A stretch of 64,000 nucleotides of DNA. Origin: an uncultured Candidatus Saccharibacteria bacterium. Lineage in GTDB: Bacteria; Patescibacteriota; Minisyncoccia; Phycocordibacterales; JAKAEA01. Positions within the stretch are counted from its first letter, which is position 1; every line of letters begins with the position of its first letter. The translations under genes were made by a program, and so were the position numbers. Positions 8,478 to 18,534 of the stretch are shown here, piece after piece. Below the pieces are notes generated by a model. That model was not told the DNA's origin, did not search any database, and was given only the letters and a program-made list of their open reading frames with translations. Location of the stretch: NCBI GenBank assembly GCA_964577595.1, contig CAZNZK010000004.1, positions 27,294 through 91,293 on the forward strand. Reading direction: 5' to 3'.

Positions 8478-8977
8478 ATGTTGATGGCCGACCGCTCTTC
8501 TTCAGAAAGTTCGTGATCGGAAACAAAATTTTTGACCGGCTTGCCGAAGACGCTGATGCGGTCGCGAGCGTAAAGGGAGGTGACCACGAGGCCGTCGCCG
8601 TGCTCATTAATAAACGCGGCACTGAAACTGTTATTGCCGCCGTTGCCGGTGCCTTGAAACGGGTTGTAGCGCACAGTGCCCACTGCTTGAACACTTTTTT
8701 TCAGGCGATGCTCAACGGTGAGCAAGTACTGCTCCATATCCTTAGTGAATTTTCGCAGCTCGGTTAAATCACTGGCGGCGCGCACCAAGGCTTGTTCAAT
8801 TGATTGAGCGCCCGTTTTATTACTGCCGCCGAAAATATCACCGACCGCCAGGACGCGGTTGATACGGTGATAGAGCCAGCCAACACGAAGCGTGATAATG
8901 ATCAAAAATAAGCCGATAGCAAATGCGGCCAAAAGCAAGAGGTGTTGACTAAGAACGGTAATCGTGTGCGCGAACAT
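8450..8977 (-). CDS. Membrane-anchored hypothetical protein, DUF4446-like (family assignment uncertain)
   Basis: 175 aa with an N-terminal TM helix and …VRYNPFQGTGNGGNNSFSAAFINEHGDGLVVTSLYARD… resembling DUF4446. Its 3' end overlaps the infB start by 28 nt. Confidence 0.5.
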   Translation of the reverse strand: MFAHTITVLSQHLLLLAAFAIGLFLIIITLRVGWLYHRINRVLAVGDIFGGSNKTGAQSIEQALVRAASDLTELRKFTKDMEQYLLTVEHRLKKSVQAVGTVRYNPFQGTGNGGNNSFSAAFINEHGDGLVVTSLYARDRISVFGKPVKNFVSDHELSEEERSAINICQQKIKTP

Positions 8978-9497
8978 GGTTTTTCCGCAGTTAAAATCTT
9001 TCTTAAGATTCTCTCAAATCTTTATGAACTGCCGATTTCCTTACTATACTACAAAAGCTGGCTTTCGCCAAAGCAGCTCTTGTTTTTTTGGCTGAAATAA
9101 TGTGTGCTGTTGTGCACGGTCAAGTATTTGGAGTGTGTTCTTCGTAACCGAATATAACTGGCGTTATTAGCTATTGATATGGTTTGGGAGGCGGTCGGTT
9201 CGCTTTCGCCAGTTTGTTCTTCGCGGTAGCTCAATTAAACCGTGCCTGTGAAAATGGGTACGGTTTTTTCTATGACGTTACTGTCATTTTAGTTTTCCCC
9301 TTACGGAAATTGTACTGAACAGTATTCCGATTTATTATGGTATTATATTTCGTAGTTTCGAAACTTTTGTGATCCTCCTTATAATCCATTCTTTACGTCG
9401 ATCCTTAGTTTTAAGCGCTTGTTCAGCGTTGGCGCTTCTTACTTTTTATATAACTCTCGAGCCTTTTTTCGCCATGGGCGCAACTTCGTAGGCCGTT

Positions 9498-10034
9498 GTG
9501 GTAACACTGAATGTGACGAGTGGCGTGGGAGTGACCGTTGATTCCAATGTGCTTGCTATGAGTACCAACTTGAGTATTAATCAAAACACTGCGGTAGCTA
9601 CCTCCACGTTTACCGTAAGCACAAACGATACTCTCGGCTATACATTTCAGTTGGCGGCAAGCACTAATCCTGCCATGCAGAGTGGTAGTAATAAAATTGC
9701 CGATTTTCCAACAACCACACCTCAGTTTTGGACGAGCGGTATTGGTAGCACCGACGCTCGTTTCGGTTTTTCGGTGGCGGGGAGTAATATAACGGGCGGC
9801 GCTGGTTACTGGGGTACGGGCAACTATTGCAATGGCGCCAGCACCAGCACTATTTCTACCACGCTTAAATATTTTGGTTTTTACACTACGGCCACAACAA
9901 CCGCAAAAAATTCCAGCACTACGACGCCTGCGGGCAACGCCACTACGGTGTGTTATGCGGTTAATCAAAATAATATGTTCATTTCAAGCGGTACGTACAC
10001 GGCAAACATTACGGGGACGGTGCTTGCTAACTAG
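9498..10034 (+). CDS. Hypothetical Thr/Ser/Asn/Gly-rich protein
   Basis: 178-aa ORF from a GTG start with no obvious signal peptide. It is preceded by ~450 nt of AT-rich non-coding DNA. The composition is biased but not simple-repeat. Confidence 0.35.
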   Translation: MVTLNVTSGVGVTVDSNVLAMSTNLSINQNTAVATSTFTVSTNDTLGYTFQLAASTNPAMQSGSNKIADFPTTTPQFWTSGIGSTDARFGFSVAGSNITGGAGYWGTGNYCNGASTSTISTTLKYFGFYTTATTTAKNSSTTTPAGNATTVCYAVNQNNMFISSGTYTANITGTVLAN

Positions 10035-10083
10035 GGTGGAATTTTCTTGTGTATTTTACGAAAAATCAGTAGAGTTAGGGGAA

Positions 10084-11289
10084 ATGTTTGCGAAAAAAAG
10101 AATCTATCTTGATTACGCGGCGGCAACGCCGGTGGATGGGCGCGTGGCTAAAGCGATGTGGCCATTTGCAGCAGAGAGGTTTGCCAATCCTTCAAGTATT
10201 CACGCGGAGGGAGTTCAGGCAAAAAAAGCCGTTACAGAAGCGCGTACGGGCATTGCTCGCATTTTAAACGTGCGTCCGGAAGAAATTATTTTTACAGCGA
10301 GCGGGACTGAGGCGGATAATTTGGCGATTGGCGGAGTGGTTATGGCGGCCCGCAAAAAGGGAATTACGGCACCGCATATTGTTACCACAAACATAGAGCA
10401 TCCGGCGATTCTGGAAACGTGCCGAGCGTTGGAGGAGTGGGGAATTAAAGTTTCTTACGTTCCGGTGGAATCTAACGGTATCATTGATGTAAAAAAAATC
10501 GCGGCGGCTGTAACGCCAGAAACAGTTTTGGTAACGGTGCAATTGGCCAATAGCGAAATCGGCACGATTCAACCGTTGCGTGAAATTGCGCGGGCTATTA
10601 CAGAATATAAAATTGCCCAGAATAAAAAAGATGAACCGACGCTCGGTCAGCTCAACTACCCCTACTTTCATACCGATGCTAGCCAGGGGCCCAATTTTCT
10701 GGATGTAAATTTTCAGAAATATGGCGTGGATATGATGACTTTGGATGCGGCTAAAATATACGGTCCGAAAGGTGTCGGTTTATTGGCGGTGAAGCGGCAA
10801 GTGACTCTGGAGCCCCAGATTTTAGGCGGAGGTCAAGAAGCTGGCCGGCGGGCGGGCACGGAAAATGTGCCGGCCATTATTGGTCTTGCCGAAGCTTTGA
10901 AAATTGCTGACCAAATGCGTGAAAAAGAGGCGACACGAATGGCCAAACTTCAGGAATATTTCATACAGTCTTTAGAAAAACTTTTCCCCATAAATAGGGT
11001 GATTTTGAACGGCGACCGTAATAAACGCTTGCCGAACAATGTTAATATAGGTGTGGGGGCGGCTGGAAAAGACGCGGAATTCATGGTTTTACAGCTAGAT
11101 AACCAGGGAATTGCGGCTTCGGCCGGCAGTGCCTGCACCAATCTCTCTACGGCGACGTATTCGTATGTGGTTGAGGCGATTAGTCCGGGATTAAAGAGTT
11201 CTTCAATCCGTTTCAGCTTCGGCCGCGGCACAAATCGTAAGGAATTAGATTTGACACTACGCATTCTGCGTTCTATAATAGAGTCCTAA
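10084..11289 (+). CDS. Cysteine desulfurase (NifS/IscS family, class V aminotransferase)
   Basis: ATG at 10084 after a GAGTTAGGGG RBS-like sequence. PLP-lysine context TLDAAKIYGPKGVG; active-site Cys in AASAGSACT. Confidence 0.85.
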   Translation: MFAKKRIYLDYAAATPVDGRVAKAMWPFAAERFANPSSIHAEGVQAKKAVTEARTGIARILNVRPEEIIFTASGTEADNLAIGGVVMAARKKGITAPHIVTTNIEHPAILETCRALEEWGIKVSYVPVESNGIIDVKKIAAAVTPETVLVTVQLANSEIGTIQPLREIARAITEYKIAQNKKDEPTLGQLNYPYFHTDASQGPNFLDVNFQKYGVDMMTLDAAKIYGPKGVGLLAVKRQVTLEPQILGGGQEAGRRAGTENVPAIIGLAEALKIADQMREKEATRMAKLQEYFIQSLEKLFPINRVILNGDRNKRLPNNVNIGVGAAGKDAEFMVLQLDNQGIAASAGSACTNLSTATYSYVVEAISPGLKSSSIRFSFGRGTNRKELDLTLRILRSIIES

Positions 11290-11301
11290 ATATATCACCA
11301 T

Positions 11302-14046
11302 ATGCCACCACTGCAACACTTCACCACAAAAGCAAAAGAAGCCATTAGAAAAGCTCACGAGCTAGCTATTGAGCGTGGTCAAAATCACGTTAATCCGCTC
11401 CATTTACTGGCGGCTTTAATATTGCAGGAAGAAAGCATGGTTAGTGCCATCTTAGACAAGCTTGAAATAGACACTATTCTGTTAACCGATTCCCTAATGG
11501 AGTCTATTGAAGGCCCGGAAGGCGGCTCCACGCTTAATCCTTCCTACCAAATTTACCTAACGCCGGACTTAGCCCAGGTGCTTGCCGACTCCGAGCGGGT
11601 GGCAAAATCGCTCAATGACGAATTCATTTCCACGGAACACCTTTTTGTGGCCATGCTTGACGTGGCTGGCGCCGCTCGCGACTTGCTCGCTCGTTTTCGC
11701 CTCAACCGCGACGCGGTGGTAAAGGTCTTGGAAGAACTGCGTGCCAACAAAGTGACCGACGTTCACGGGCCAAAAAAGCCGAAAGCGCTCGCTCGTTACA
11801 CTCGCTCGCTCACCAAGCTCGCCGCCGAAAACAAGCTTGATCCTGTTATTGGCCGTGACAATGAAATCATGCGCATCATTCAAATTCTTTCGCGCCGCAC
11901 CAAAAATAATCCCATTCTCATTGGCGAGGCCGGTGTTGGTAAAACCGCCATCGTTGAGGGCTTGGCTCTGCGCATGGCCCAGGGCGATGTACCAGAATCT
12001 TTGAAGGACAAAGAGCTGGTATCGCTTGACCTAGGCGCGCTGGTGGCGGGGACAAAGTATCGCGGCGAATTTGAAGAGCGTCTCAAAAATATTCTTAAAG
12101 AAATTGAGCGCGCGGCTGGCAAAATCATTCTTTTTATTGATGAAATCCACACTATTGTGGGCGCCGGCGCGGCCGAGGGCTCTTTGGACGCCTCCAACAT
12201 GTTGAAGCCCGCTTTGGCGCGCGGTGAGCTCCGAGCGATTGGCGCCACCACCATCAAGGAGTATCAAAAGCATATTGAAAAGGACCCGGCTCTGACGCGT
12301 CGCTTCCAGCCGGTGTTCGTAAACGAGCCGTCCCTTGATGACACAGTCGCCATTTTGCGCGGTTTGAAGGAAAAATATGAGCTTTACCACGGCGTGCGTA
12401 TTACCGACGACGCCATTGTCGCCGCCGCCACTCTTTCTTCTCGCTACATCACTGATCGTTACTTGCCCGATAAAGCCGTTGACCTTATTGATGAAGCCGC
12501 TTCTTTTTTGAAAATCACTCTGGAGGATATGCCGCCGGTTTTGCAGGAAACGCATGCCAAAATTATGCGCTTGGAAATTGAGCGCGAAGCTCTTAAAAAG
12601 GAAACCACCAAAACCGCCAAGGACAGGGTGAAAATCATTGAAGCGGAAATCGGCAATCTAAAAGAGCAAACTTCCGAAATTGAGCTTAAGTGGAAAAATG
12701 AAAAAGAGACACTTGGCGAAATTAAAACCATCAAGAAAGAGCTGGAGCAGTCACGCTTGGAAGCTGAAAGCGCCGAAGCTCATGCCGACCTTGGCAAAGC
12801 CGCAGAAATCCGCTACGGCCGCATTCCCCAGTTGGAAAAAGACCTTGACCTTAAACTCAAACGCTTGAAGAAGCTGCAGAGCTCGCGCCGCATTCTGAAA
12901 GAAGAAATTATGGAGCAGGATGTTGCCGATGTGGTTTCGCGTTGGACGGGTATCCCCGTGGCTCGCATGCTTGAGGGCGAGGCCGACAAGTTGAGTCGTA
13001 TGGAAGAAGAGCTTCGCAAGCGCATTGTTGGTCAAGATGAAGCCGTTAAGAAAATCGCCGACACGGTGAAGCGTTCGCGCGCCGGCATTAGCGACCCTAA
13101 CCGCCCTATTGGCTCATTTATTTTCCTTGGCCCCACGGGCGTCGGCAAAACCGAGCTCACGAAAGCACTGGCAGAATTTATGTTTGATGACGAAAAAGCT
13201 CTCGTTCGCTTAGACATGTCTGAATTTATGGAAAAACATTCCATTTCCAAGCTTATTGGTGCGCCGGCCGGCTATGTTGGCTATGAAGAAGGCGGCAACT
13301 TTACCGAAATGGTTCGTCATCGCCCCTATTCCGTTATTCTTTTGGATGAAATTGAAAAGGCCCACCCTGAAGTGTTCAACGTGCTCCTCCAAGTGCTTGA
13401 TAATGGCCAGCTCACCGATGCTAAGGGTCGCCGCGTCAATTTCCGCAACACCGTCATCATTATGACCTCCAACCTCGGTGCCAACTACATTGATAAAATG
13501 CAAAAATTCGGCTTCGGCAAGGCGGAGAAGGGTTCCATTGAGGAAGATGGCCAAAAGGTAGATTACGAGCAAATAAAAGAGCGTGTCACCGAATCGCTCC
13601 GTGAATTCTTCCGTCCCGAGTTTCTCAACCGCATTGATGACACCATCATCTTTGATATCCTGAGTCGCGATGCTATCCGTAAAATCGTTGAAATTCAGGT
13701 TAATCTTATTCAAGCACGTTTGGCTGCCAAAGAAATCACTCTGGAAATTTCACCGGAGGTTGTGGATTATCTCGCCCGCGAAGGTTACAACCCACAATAC
13801 GGTGCACGTCCTTTGAAGCGTCTCATTCAAAATAAAATTCTCACCCCCGTTGCTTCCATGATGATTTCCAAAGGAATCATGCGCGGTGGGGCAGTGAAAG
13901 TGAGCTTGAAAACTGGTAGCGGCACCGCCAAAACGGGTTCAGCCGAATTCACCTTTGATGTTAAAAAAGGCAAAAAGGGCAGTCTCCTGCGTGAAGATGT
14001 TCTGAGTACTATAGAAACCAATATTCCCGAAGAAGTCAGAAAATAA
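11302..14046 (+). CDS. clpB: ATP-dependent chaperone ClpB
   Basis: 914 aa with two AAA+ modules ([15 protein letters not shown]; [15 protein letters not shown]) and a long middle coiled-coil domain, which distinguishes ClpB from ClpA. Confidence 0.9.
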   Translation: MPPLQHFTTKAKEAIRKAHELAIERGQNHVNPLHLLAALILQEESMVSAILDKLEIDTILLTDSLMESIEGPEGGSTLNPSYQIYLTPDLAQVLADSERVAKSLNDEFISTEHLFVAMLDVAGAARDLLARFRLNRDAVVKVLEELRANKVTDVHGPKKPKALARYTRSLTKLAAENKLDPVIGRDNEIMRIIQILSRRTKNNPILIGEAGVGKTAIVEGLALRMAQGDVPESLKDKELVSLDLGALVAGTKYRGEFEERLKNILKEIERAAGKIILFIDEIHTIVGAGAAEGSLDASNMLKPALARGELRAIGATTIKEYQKHIEKDPALTRRFQPVFVNEPSLDDTVAILRGLKEKYELYHGVRITDDAIVAAATLSSRYITDRYLPDKAVDLIDEAASFLKITLEDMPPVLQETHAKIMRLEIEREALKKETTKTAKDRVKIIEAEIGNLKEQTSEIELKWKNEKETLGEIKTIKKELEQSRLEAESAEAHADLGKAAEIRYGRIPQLEKDLDLKLKRLKKLQSSRRILKEEIMEQDVADVVSRWTGIPVARMLEGEADKLSRMEEELRKRIVGQDEAVKKIADTVKRSRAGISDPNRPIGSFIFLGPTGVGKTELTKALAEFMFDDEKALVRLDMSEFMEKHSISKLIGAPAGYVGYEEGGNFTEMVRHRPYSVILLDEIEKAHPEVFNVLLQVLDNGQLTDAKGRRVNFRNTVIIMTSNLGANYIDKMQKFGFGKAEKGSIEEDGQKVDYEQIKERVTESLREFFRPEFLNRIDDTIIFDILSRDAIRKIVEIQVNLIQARLAAKEITLEISPEVVDYLAREGYNPQYGARPLKRLIQNKILTPVASMMISKGIMRGGAVKVSLKTGSGTAKTGSAEFTFDVKKGKKGSLLREDVLSTIETNIPEEVRK

Positions 14047-14051
14047 TCCTG

Positions 14052-14525
14052 TTAATTTGCCAGCTTAGGGTGCCAAAAAATCTTCTCTATTTTCCGCTCG
14101 ACCGGTTGCCAGGCGTGTTCTTGCGGTGAGCCGGCTTTTTCGTCGTTGCTGATAGCTTTCCCGTTACCGACATAGAAGCCGATATGGGCGTGAATGCCGC
14201 TCGTACCGAAATCTTTTTTCGCCCATACCAGCACGGCGCCGACCGGCGGCTCTTTTTCAAGCGGTAATTCTTGCCAACCGCTCGTTTGTAAGTCTGTCAC
14301 TGTGCTTTCAACAGTGGCGTGCGGATTTTTTATCAAACCCGAAGCCGCCAAAACCCACGAAGCAAAAAATGAGCACGAAAGCTCGCCATTTTTTGTGATA
14401 TCGGTTTTTAGACCGTTCACGGTCGCGTATAAATTACGAAACGTATGCGTGCCAACGCTGTTATGAATGACCGCCAGATAGGTGTCTAGTAATCGGAACT
14501 GCACTGTGGATTTTACTTCTGTCAT
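14052..14525 (-). CDS. NlpC/P60-family (C40) cell-wall peptidase-like protein
   Basis: Cys in ELSCSFFASWVL and His in …GAVLVWAKKDFGTSGIHAHIGFYVGNGKAISND follow the NlpC/P60 pattern (GDLVFF…HVGIYIGNG). Start set at the internal ATG 14525 so it does not overlap tRNA-Tyr. Confidence 0.55.
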   Translation of the reverse strand: MTEVKSTVQFRLLDTYLAVIHNSVGTHTFRNLYATVNGLKTDITKNGELSCSFFASWVLAASGLIKNPHATVESTVTDLQTSGWQELPLEKEPPVGAVLVWAKKDFGTSGIHAHIGFYVGNGKAISNDEKAGSPQEHAWQPVERKIEKIFWHPKLAN

Positions 14526-14527
14526 TG

Positions 14528-14611
14528 TGCGCAGGGAGGGATTTGAACCCCCGTAGCCCATAGGGCGTCAGATTTACAGTCTGATGCAATTGACCGCTCT
14601 GCCACCTGCGC
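14528..14611 (-). tRNA. tRNA-Tyr (anticodon GTA)
   Basis: GCGCAGG acceptor, anticodon arm TCAGA-CTGTAAA-TCTGA, long variable arm, T-loop TTCAAAT. Confidence 0.75.
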
Positions 14612-14676
14612 GTGAAAACCATTGTATTCTAGCGGCAAAAGCGGTTATAATCAAGTGTGTAGAAATTACTCTTTTT

Positions 14677-15525
14677 ATGACCCATTGCTATCTGAACGGA
14701 AAAATCATGCCACTAGCCGAAGCGAAGGTTGGCATTTTAGATATCGGCCTTTTGCGTGGCTACGCTATTTATGAGGCCTTGGCTGTTTACAATGGCCGGC
14801 CTTTTATGTTTGACGACCATATGGCCCGCTTTCGCCGCTCTGCCGAGGCCATGCGGCTCACTATTCCCGCCACGAATCAAAAAATTGCCGAGGCCATTTC
14901 CGCGCTCTTGAAGCGCAACAAGCTTACTGATGCTCGCATTAAATTTCTTCTTACGGGTGGCGAAACGGTTGATGGTATTGACTACAAGGGCGACAAGCTT
15001 ACGTTCTTTATCCTAGCCGAACCCTTTGACCCGTTGCCTAAAAAAATAAAGGATCATGGTTGCACGCTTATTAGTTACGAATTTCAGCGTCAATTTCCCG
15101 AATATAAAACGTCCAATTACATCACGGGCGTGTGGATGCAGCCGGCACGTAGAAAAGCTGGCGCGCTTGAAATACTCTTTACGTGGCAGGGCAGGGTGTT
15201 GGAGTGTTCCACCAGTAATTTTTTCATCGTTAAAAACGGGGCCATTATTACGGCCGCCCGGGACATTCTTTCCGGTATTACCCGCAAAGCCGTTTTGCGG
15301 TTGGCCAAGCACTCCGGCATGAAAGTGGAAGAGCGTGACCTCGGCGTAAGTGAGTTGGCCACTGCTGACGAAGCCTTCATTACTTCTAGTTTTAAGGAGA
15401 TAGTGCCGGTTATAAAAATAGACAACGTTACTATCGGCAACGGCAAACCGGGGGTGACTACTAAGAAATTAGCCACACTTTTTGAACACCACGTTGCAGA
15501 AGTCGCTTCAAGCTCGGTGGCTTAA
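14677..15525 (+). CDS. Class IV aminotransferase (branched-chain amino acid / D-amino acid aminotransferase family)
   Basis: YLNGKIMPLAEAKVGILDIGLLRGYAIYE… is a typical fold-type IV N-terminus. Start at ATG 14677 downstream of the tRNA. Confidence 0.8.
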   Translation: MTHCYLNGKIMPLAEAKVGILDIGLLRGYAIYEALAVYNGRPFMFDDHMARFRRSAEAMRLTIPATNQKIAEAISALLKRNKLTDARIKFLLTGGETVDGIDYKGDKLTFFILAEPFDPLPKKIKDHGCTLISYEFQRQFPEYKTSNYITGVWMQPARRKAGALEILFTWQGRVLECSTSNFFIVKNGAIITAARDILSGITRKAVLRLAKHSGMKVEERDLGVSELATADEAFITSSFKEIVPVIKIDNVTIGNGKPGVTTKKLATLFEHHVAEVASSSVA

Positions 15526-15581
15526 ACACTTGCCTTTTTTGCCAAGGTGTAGTATTTTTACGTCTCTAATCGTTTCAATAT

Positions 15582-15740
15582 ATGTCCCAAGATCGCCTCA
15601 TAAAACTCGCCTGCCAAACCTGTAAACGTATCAATTACTGGTCTAGCAAAAACAAGCGCAAAGTAGAGCGCAAAATTGAGCTGAAAAAATTCTGCAAATG
15701 GTGTGGCAAGAAGACCACTCACAAAGAAGTTAAGAAATAA
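15582..15740 (+). CDS. rpmG: 50S ribosomal protein L33
   Basis: 52-aa MSQDRLIKLACQTCKRINYWSSKNKRKVERKIELKKFCKWCGKKTTHKEVKK with a CxxC…CxxC zinc ribbon. It is not in the ORF track because it is short. Confidence 0.8.
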   Translation: MSQDRLIKLACQTCKRINYWSSKNKRKVERKIELKKFCKWCGKKTTHKEVKK

Positions 15741-15793
15741 TTCGCACTTCTTATTTCAAAGAAAAACGGCTGGCCTTGGGGCCAGCCGCGCGG

Positions 15794-16576
15794 TTATTCG
15801 CATTCCAGAAATTGTTTGAGCGATGGTCGCAAGCGGAGTAATTGCAGGGTGCTCCGGTGGATTTGTCGTACGAGCGATTCGCTGATGCCGAGCATTTCCG
15901 CCGTTTCTTTTACTTTCAGGTGTTCATAATAGCGGAGGATGAGTACTCTCCGGCTTCGTAGGTCAATACCCGAGAAGATGTGCCGAGAAGAATCTTCCAG
16001 GACAAGCCTTTGGTCGGGAGGTGCCTCTCGGTAATCTGCCGTTAGGTAGGAACTTCGTTGGTTTTCCGATTCTTCCGAAGAGCACACTATGTGGCTCATG
16101 AGCGGAAGCTGGTGTGTGCCGGAGGCGTATAGAGCTTTAAACGCCGCGGCGGGCAAGCCCAACTCTTCGTGCAATTCTTCAAAGTCCGGCTCGCGTCCCG
16201 AGCGCATTTTAAATGTGTTTCGTGCGGTTTCAATGCGCGTGTTACGTCGCCGAGCCACCACTGATACCCAGTCACACGCCCTCATTTGGTCAAGCATGGC
16301 GCCGCGAATGCGTTGGCTTGCGTACGTCTCAAAACGTACGCCCCGGTTTTGGTCGAAAGCCTGTATTGCTTTTCGGAGGCCGAGTATCCCAACTGAGTAT
16401 AAGTCGTCCTTATCTATAACGGCCTGCTCAGACAGGCGGGTATACATAACGCGAGCGAGAGTTCGAGCAAGTGGCGCGTAGTGCACGATAAGCTCGTTGC
16501 ACAACGCATTGGTTCTTTTGGCGCGATAACGGTTCCATACCTCCTGGATGGGTACTGCGGTTTTAGGCGTGCTCAT
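15794..16576 (-). CDS. RNA polymerase sigma factor (sigma-70 family, alternative/FliA-SigB-like size class)
   Basis: 260 aa with region 2 (DLYSVGILGLRKAIQAFDQNRGVRFETYASQRIRGAM), region 3, and a region 4 HTH (ETAEMLGISESLVRQIHRSTLQLLR). Confidence 0.8.
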   Translation of the reverse strand: MSTPKTAVPIQEVWNRYRAKRTNALCNELIVHYAPLARTLARVMYTRLSEQAVIDKDDLYSVGILGLRKAIQAFDQNRGVRFETYASQRIRGAMLDQMRACDWVSVVARRRNTRIETARNTFKMRSGREPDFEELHEELGLPAAAFKALYASGTHQLPLMSHIVCSSEESENQRSSYLTADYREAPPDQRLVLEDSSRHIFSGIDLRSRRVLILRYYEHLKVKETAEMLGISESLVRQIHRSTLQLLRLRPSLKQFLECE

Positions 16577-16708
16577 ACACTACTCCTTTTTGTAGGTACA
16601 ATTTTTAAAAGTCTGCGCTTAGGATACTCCAGCAATTTTTGTTTGGCAATATTAAGGAGGCTTCGCCCGGCAATTGCCTTTAGTGAACGGTCGTTCTATT
16701 ATTGGGTG

Positions 16709-17893
16709 ATGGAACCGCTTGCGTCTAAAATACGGCCGAAAAATTTGGGGGATTTTGTGGGGCAGGAGCATTTGGTGGGGGCAGGGAAGCCGCTGGCTAT
16801 TGCGGTGGCTGAGAAGCATTTGTTCTCATTTATTCTGTGGGGCCCGCCGGGGACGGGCAAAACCACGCTGGCGCGTATTTATGCCAATGCTTTGGACGCG
16901 CATCTTTTTGAGCTCTCGGCTGTTTCCGCGGGCAAGGATGACATTCGCGCTATTGTTGAGGACAGGAGTATTTTAGATCAGCGGCCCAAGCTCTTGTTTT
17001 TAGACGAAATTCACCGTTTTAATAAAGCTCAGCAGGATTTTCTGTTGCCGTTTGTGGAAAGCGGCGTGCTCACGCTCATCGGCGCGACCACCGAGAACCC
17101 AAGCTTTGAAGTCATCCCGGCGCTCCTTTCGCGCTGTCGTGTTTTTATTTTGAATGAGCTTTCTGAGGCAAATGTAGAGAAAATTATCGTGCGCGCGGCC
17201 AAAGAAGTCAAAATTAAAATCTTGAAAGAGGCACGCACGTGGCTGGCCAACATGGCCAATGGCGACGCCCGCCAGGCCATTACGGTGCTGGAAAATGCCC
17301 ACCAGCTTTATGGCGACAAAATCACCGTAGAGGCACTTAGGGAAACTATTCAAAATAAATTCTTGCGTTTTGATAAAAAAGGCGAGGAGCACTACAACGT
17401 CATCAGTGCGTTCATAAAAAGTATGCGGGCCAGCAATGCCGACGCTGCGCTCTATTATTTGGCGCGGATGCTGGACGCCGGCGAAGACCCAAAATTTATC
17501 GCCCGCAGAATGGTTATTTTTGCCTCGGAAGACATTGGCCTAGCCGCGCCCACCGCCCTTGTGGTGGCCAACGACGTATTCAGGGCGGTAGAAACCATTG
17601 GTATGCCTGAATGTGCCATCAACCTGGCTCATGGCGTTTCCTATCTCGCTGGGGCGCCTAAGGACCGGAGCTCCTATAACGCCCTTCAGGCCGCCACCAG
17701 CGACGTTAAAAAGTATGGCAACTTGCCCGTGCCTCTACGCTTGCGCAATGCGCCTACCAAGCTCATGAAAGAAATTGGCTATGGCGAAGGCTATGAAAAA
17801 TACAGCAAAGAAAGTTTTTTGCCCGATAAAATTAAAGATAACGTCTACCTCAAACGGCCGCCACAGACCCCCAAGAAAAAGGGGAATAAATAG
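16709..17893 (+). CDS. rarA: Replication-associated recombination protein A (AAA+ ATPase RarA/MgsA)
   Basis: MEPLASKIRPKNLGDFVGQEHL…LWGPPGTGKTTLARIYA…; start at ATG 16709. Confidence 0.85.
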   Translation: MEPLASKIRPKNLGDFVGQEHLVGAGKPLAIAVAEKHLFSFILWGPPGTGKTTLARIYANALDAHLFELSAVSAGKDDIRAIVEDRSILDQRPKLLFLDEIHRFNKAQQDFLLPFVESGVLTLIGATTENPSFEVIPALLSRCRVFILNELSEANVEKIIVRAAKEVKIKILKEARTWLANMANGDARQAITVLENAHQLYGDKITVEALRETIQNKFLRFDKKGEEHYNVISAFIKSMRASNADAALYYLARMLDAGEDPKFIARRMVIFASEDIGLAAPTALVVANDVFRAVETIGMPECAINLAHGVSYLAGAPKDRSSYNALQAATSDVKKYGNLPVPLRLRNAPTKLMKEIGYGEGYEKYSKESFLPDKIKDNVYLKRPPQTPKKKGNK

Positions 17894-17907
17894 CGCTTTT
17901 TGTGAAG

Positions 17908-17935
17908 TTGACGACATCGCCTCGTTTGCTATAAT
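17908..17935 (+). promoter_or_regulatory. Sigma-70-like promoter TTGACG-16 nt-TATAAT
   Basis: -35 at 17908..17913, 16-nt spacer, -10 at 17930..17935. The next downstream plus-strand ORF is the MGMT-family gene at 18535, separated from this promoter by the terminator at 18070..18102 and the minus-strand MazF-like gene. Confidence 0.55.
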
Positions 17936-17941
17936 TATAAG

Positions 17942-18102
17942 GACTTTTGGTTCTGGTGATTGTCCGTCGGATTATCATCACAGCCCCGCGGTGGCAGAAA
18001 TGCCGCCGCCGACAAAGTAAACAATGGCTTCGGCCCGACTCCATCGCAAGGTGGAGGCACACAAAGAGGAGACTCAAGGCAATAGGGCTTTGAGTCTTTT
18101 CG
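17942..18102 (+). ncRNA. Candidate ~160-nt structured small RNA (unknown family), bounded by the promoter above and an intrinsic terminator
   Basis: Helices capped by stable tetraloops: GCGGUGGCA-GAAA-UGCCGCCGC, GGC-UUCG-GCC, CCAUC-GCAA-GGUGG. The terminator AGACTCAA…TTGAGTCT+TTTTCG at 18070..18102 overlaps the 3' end of the convergent MazF-like gene. Confidence 0.4.
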
Positions 18103-18478
18103 TAAGTTCTTTAAATTCTTCTTCCTTCATAATACCTATTAGATTAGCCAAACGTTTTGTGTCAATTAATCGGAGTTGAGAAAGGATTACTGCGCCCCTA
18201 ATTAAATCTAGGGATGCAATGGGGAAATAATATTTTTGTAAATGGGTCGCCACCGCTCTATTCGAGGTTGTTACGGGTAGTACCCAGCATATATCTTTAC
18301 TAAACTTTCTAAAAATAATAATAGGGCGAGCAAATTCTTTCGAGTCCCCATCTTGTTCTGAGCCGATATTTATGCCGAGGTAGCAAAACCAAATTTCTCG
18401 TTCATGAAAAAATGGCCGATTCGTTTTCGCCTCAATAATTTTCTTCTTTTCGCTCCACTTTTGAAAATCTTTTTCCAC
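18074..18478 (-). CDS. MazF/PemK-family (CcdB/MazF fold) toxin-like protein with no adjacent antitoxin
   Basis: …REIWFCYLGINIGSEQDGDSKEFARPIIIFRKFS…ICWVLPVTTS…ILSQLRLID… parallels E. coli MazF (GDLIWVDFDPTKGSEQAGHRPAVVLS…CLCVPCTTQ…ADQVKSI). It is paralogous to 56725..57078. Confidence 0.55.
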   Translation of the reverse strand: MEKDFQKWSEKKKIIEAKTNRPFFHEREIWFCYLGINIGSEQDGDSKEFARPIIIFRKFSKDICWVLPVTTSNRAVATHLQKYYFPIASLDLIRGAVILSQLRLIDTKRLANLIGIMKEEEFKELTKRLKALLP

Positions 18479-18534
18479 CGTGCTACGCTAGCATGCGGGA
18501 GTTAAAATTCTCATCAATTTTTCTTAAATCTTCT

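Noticed and set aside
9049-9497. 450-bp AT-rich gap; looked for rRNA, tmRNA, RNase P or CRISPR
   Set aside because: No repeats, no recognisable RNA motifs, and no ORF with a start. Left unannotated.
12031-12555. Several minus-strand ORFs (11553..13713) inside clpB
   Set aside because: Antisense shadows of clpB.
17942-18102. SRP (4.5S) RNA or type III toxI antitoxin RNA assignment for the small RNA
   Set aside because: The 5' and 3' ends do not pair into the long SRP hairpin. The conserved domain IV motifs are not convincingly present. There are no tandem repeats as in ToxI, and it is convergent with the MazF-like gene rather than upstream of it.
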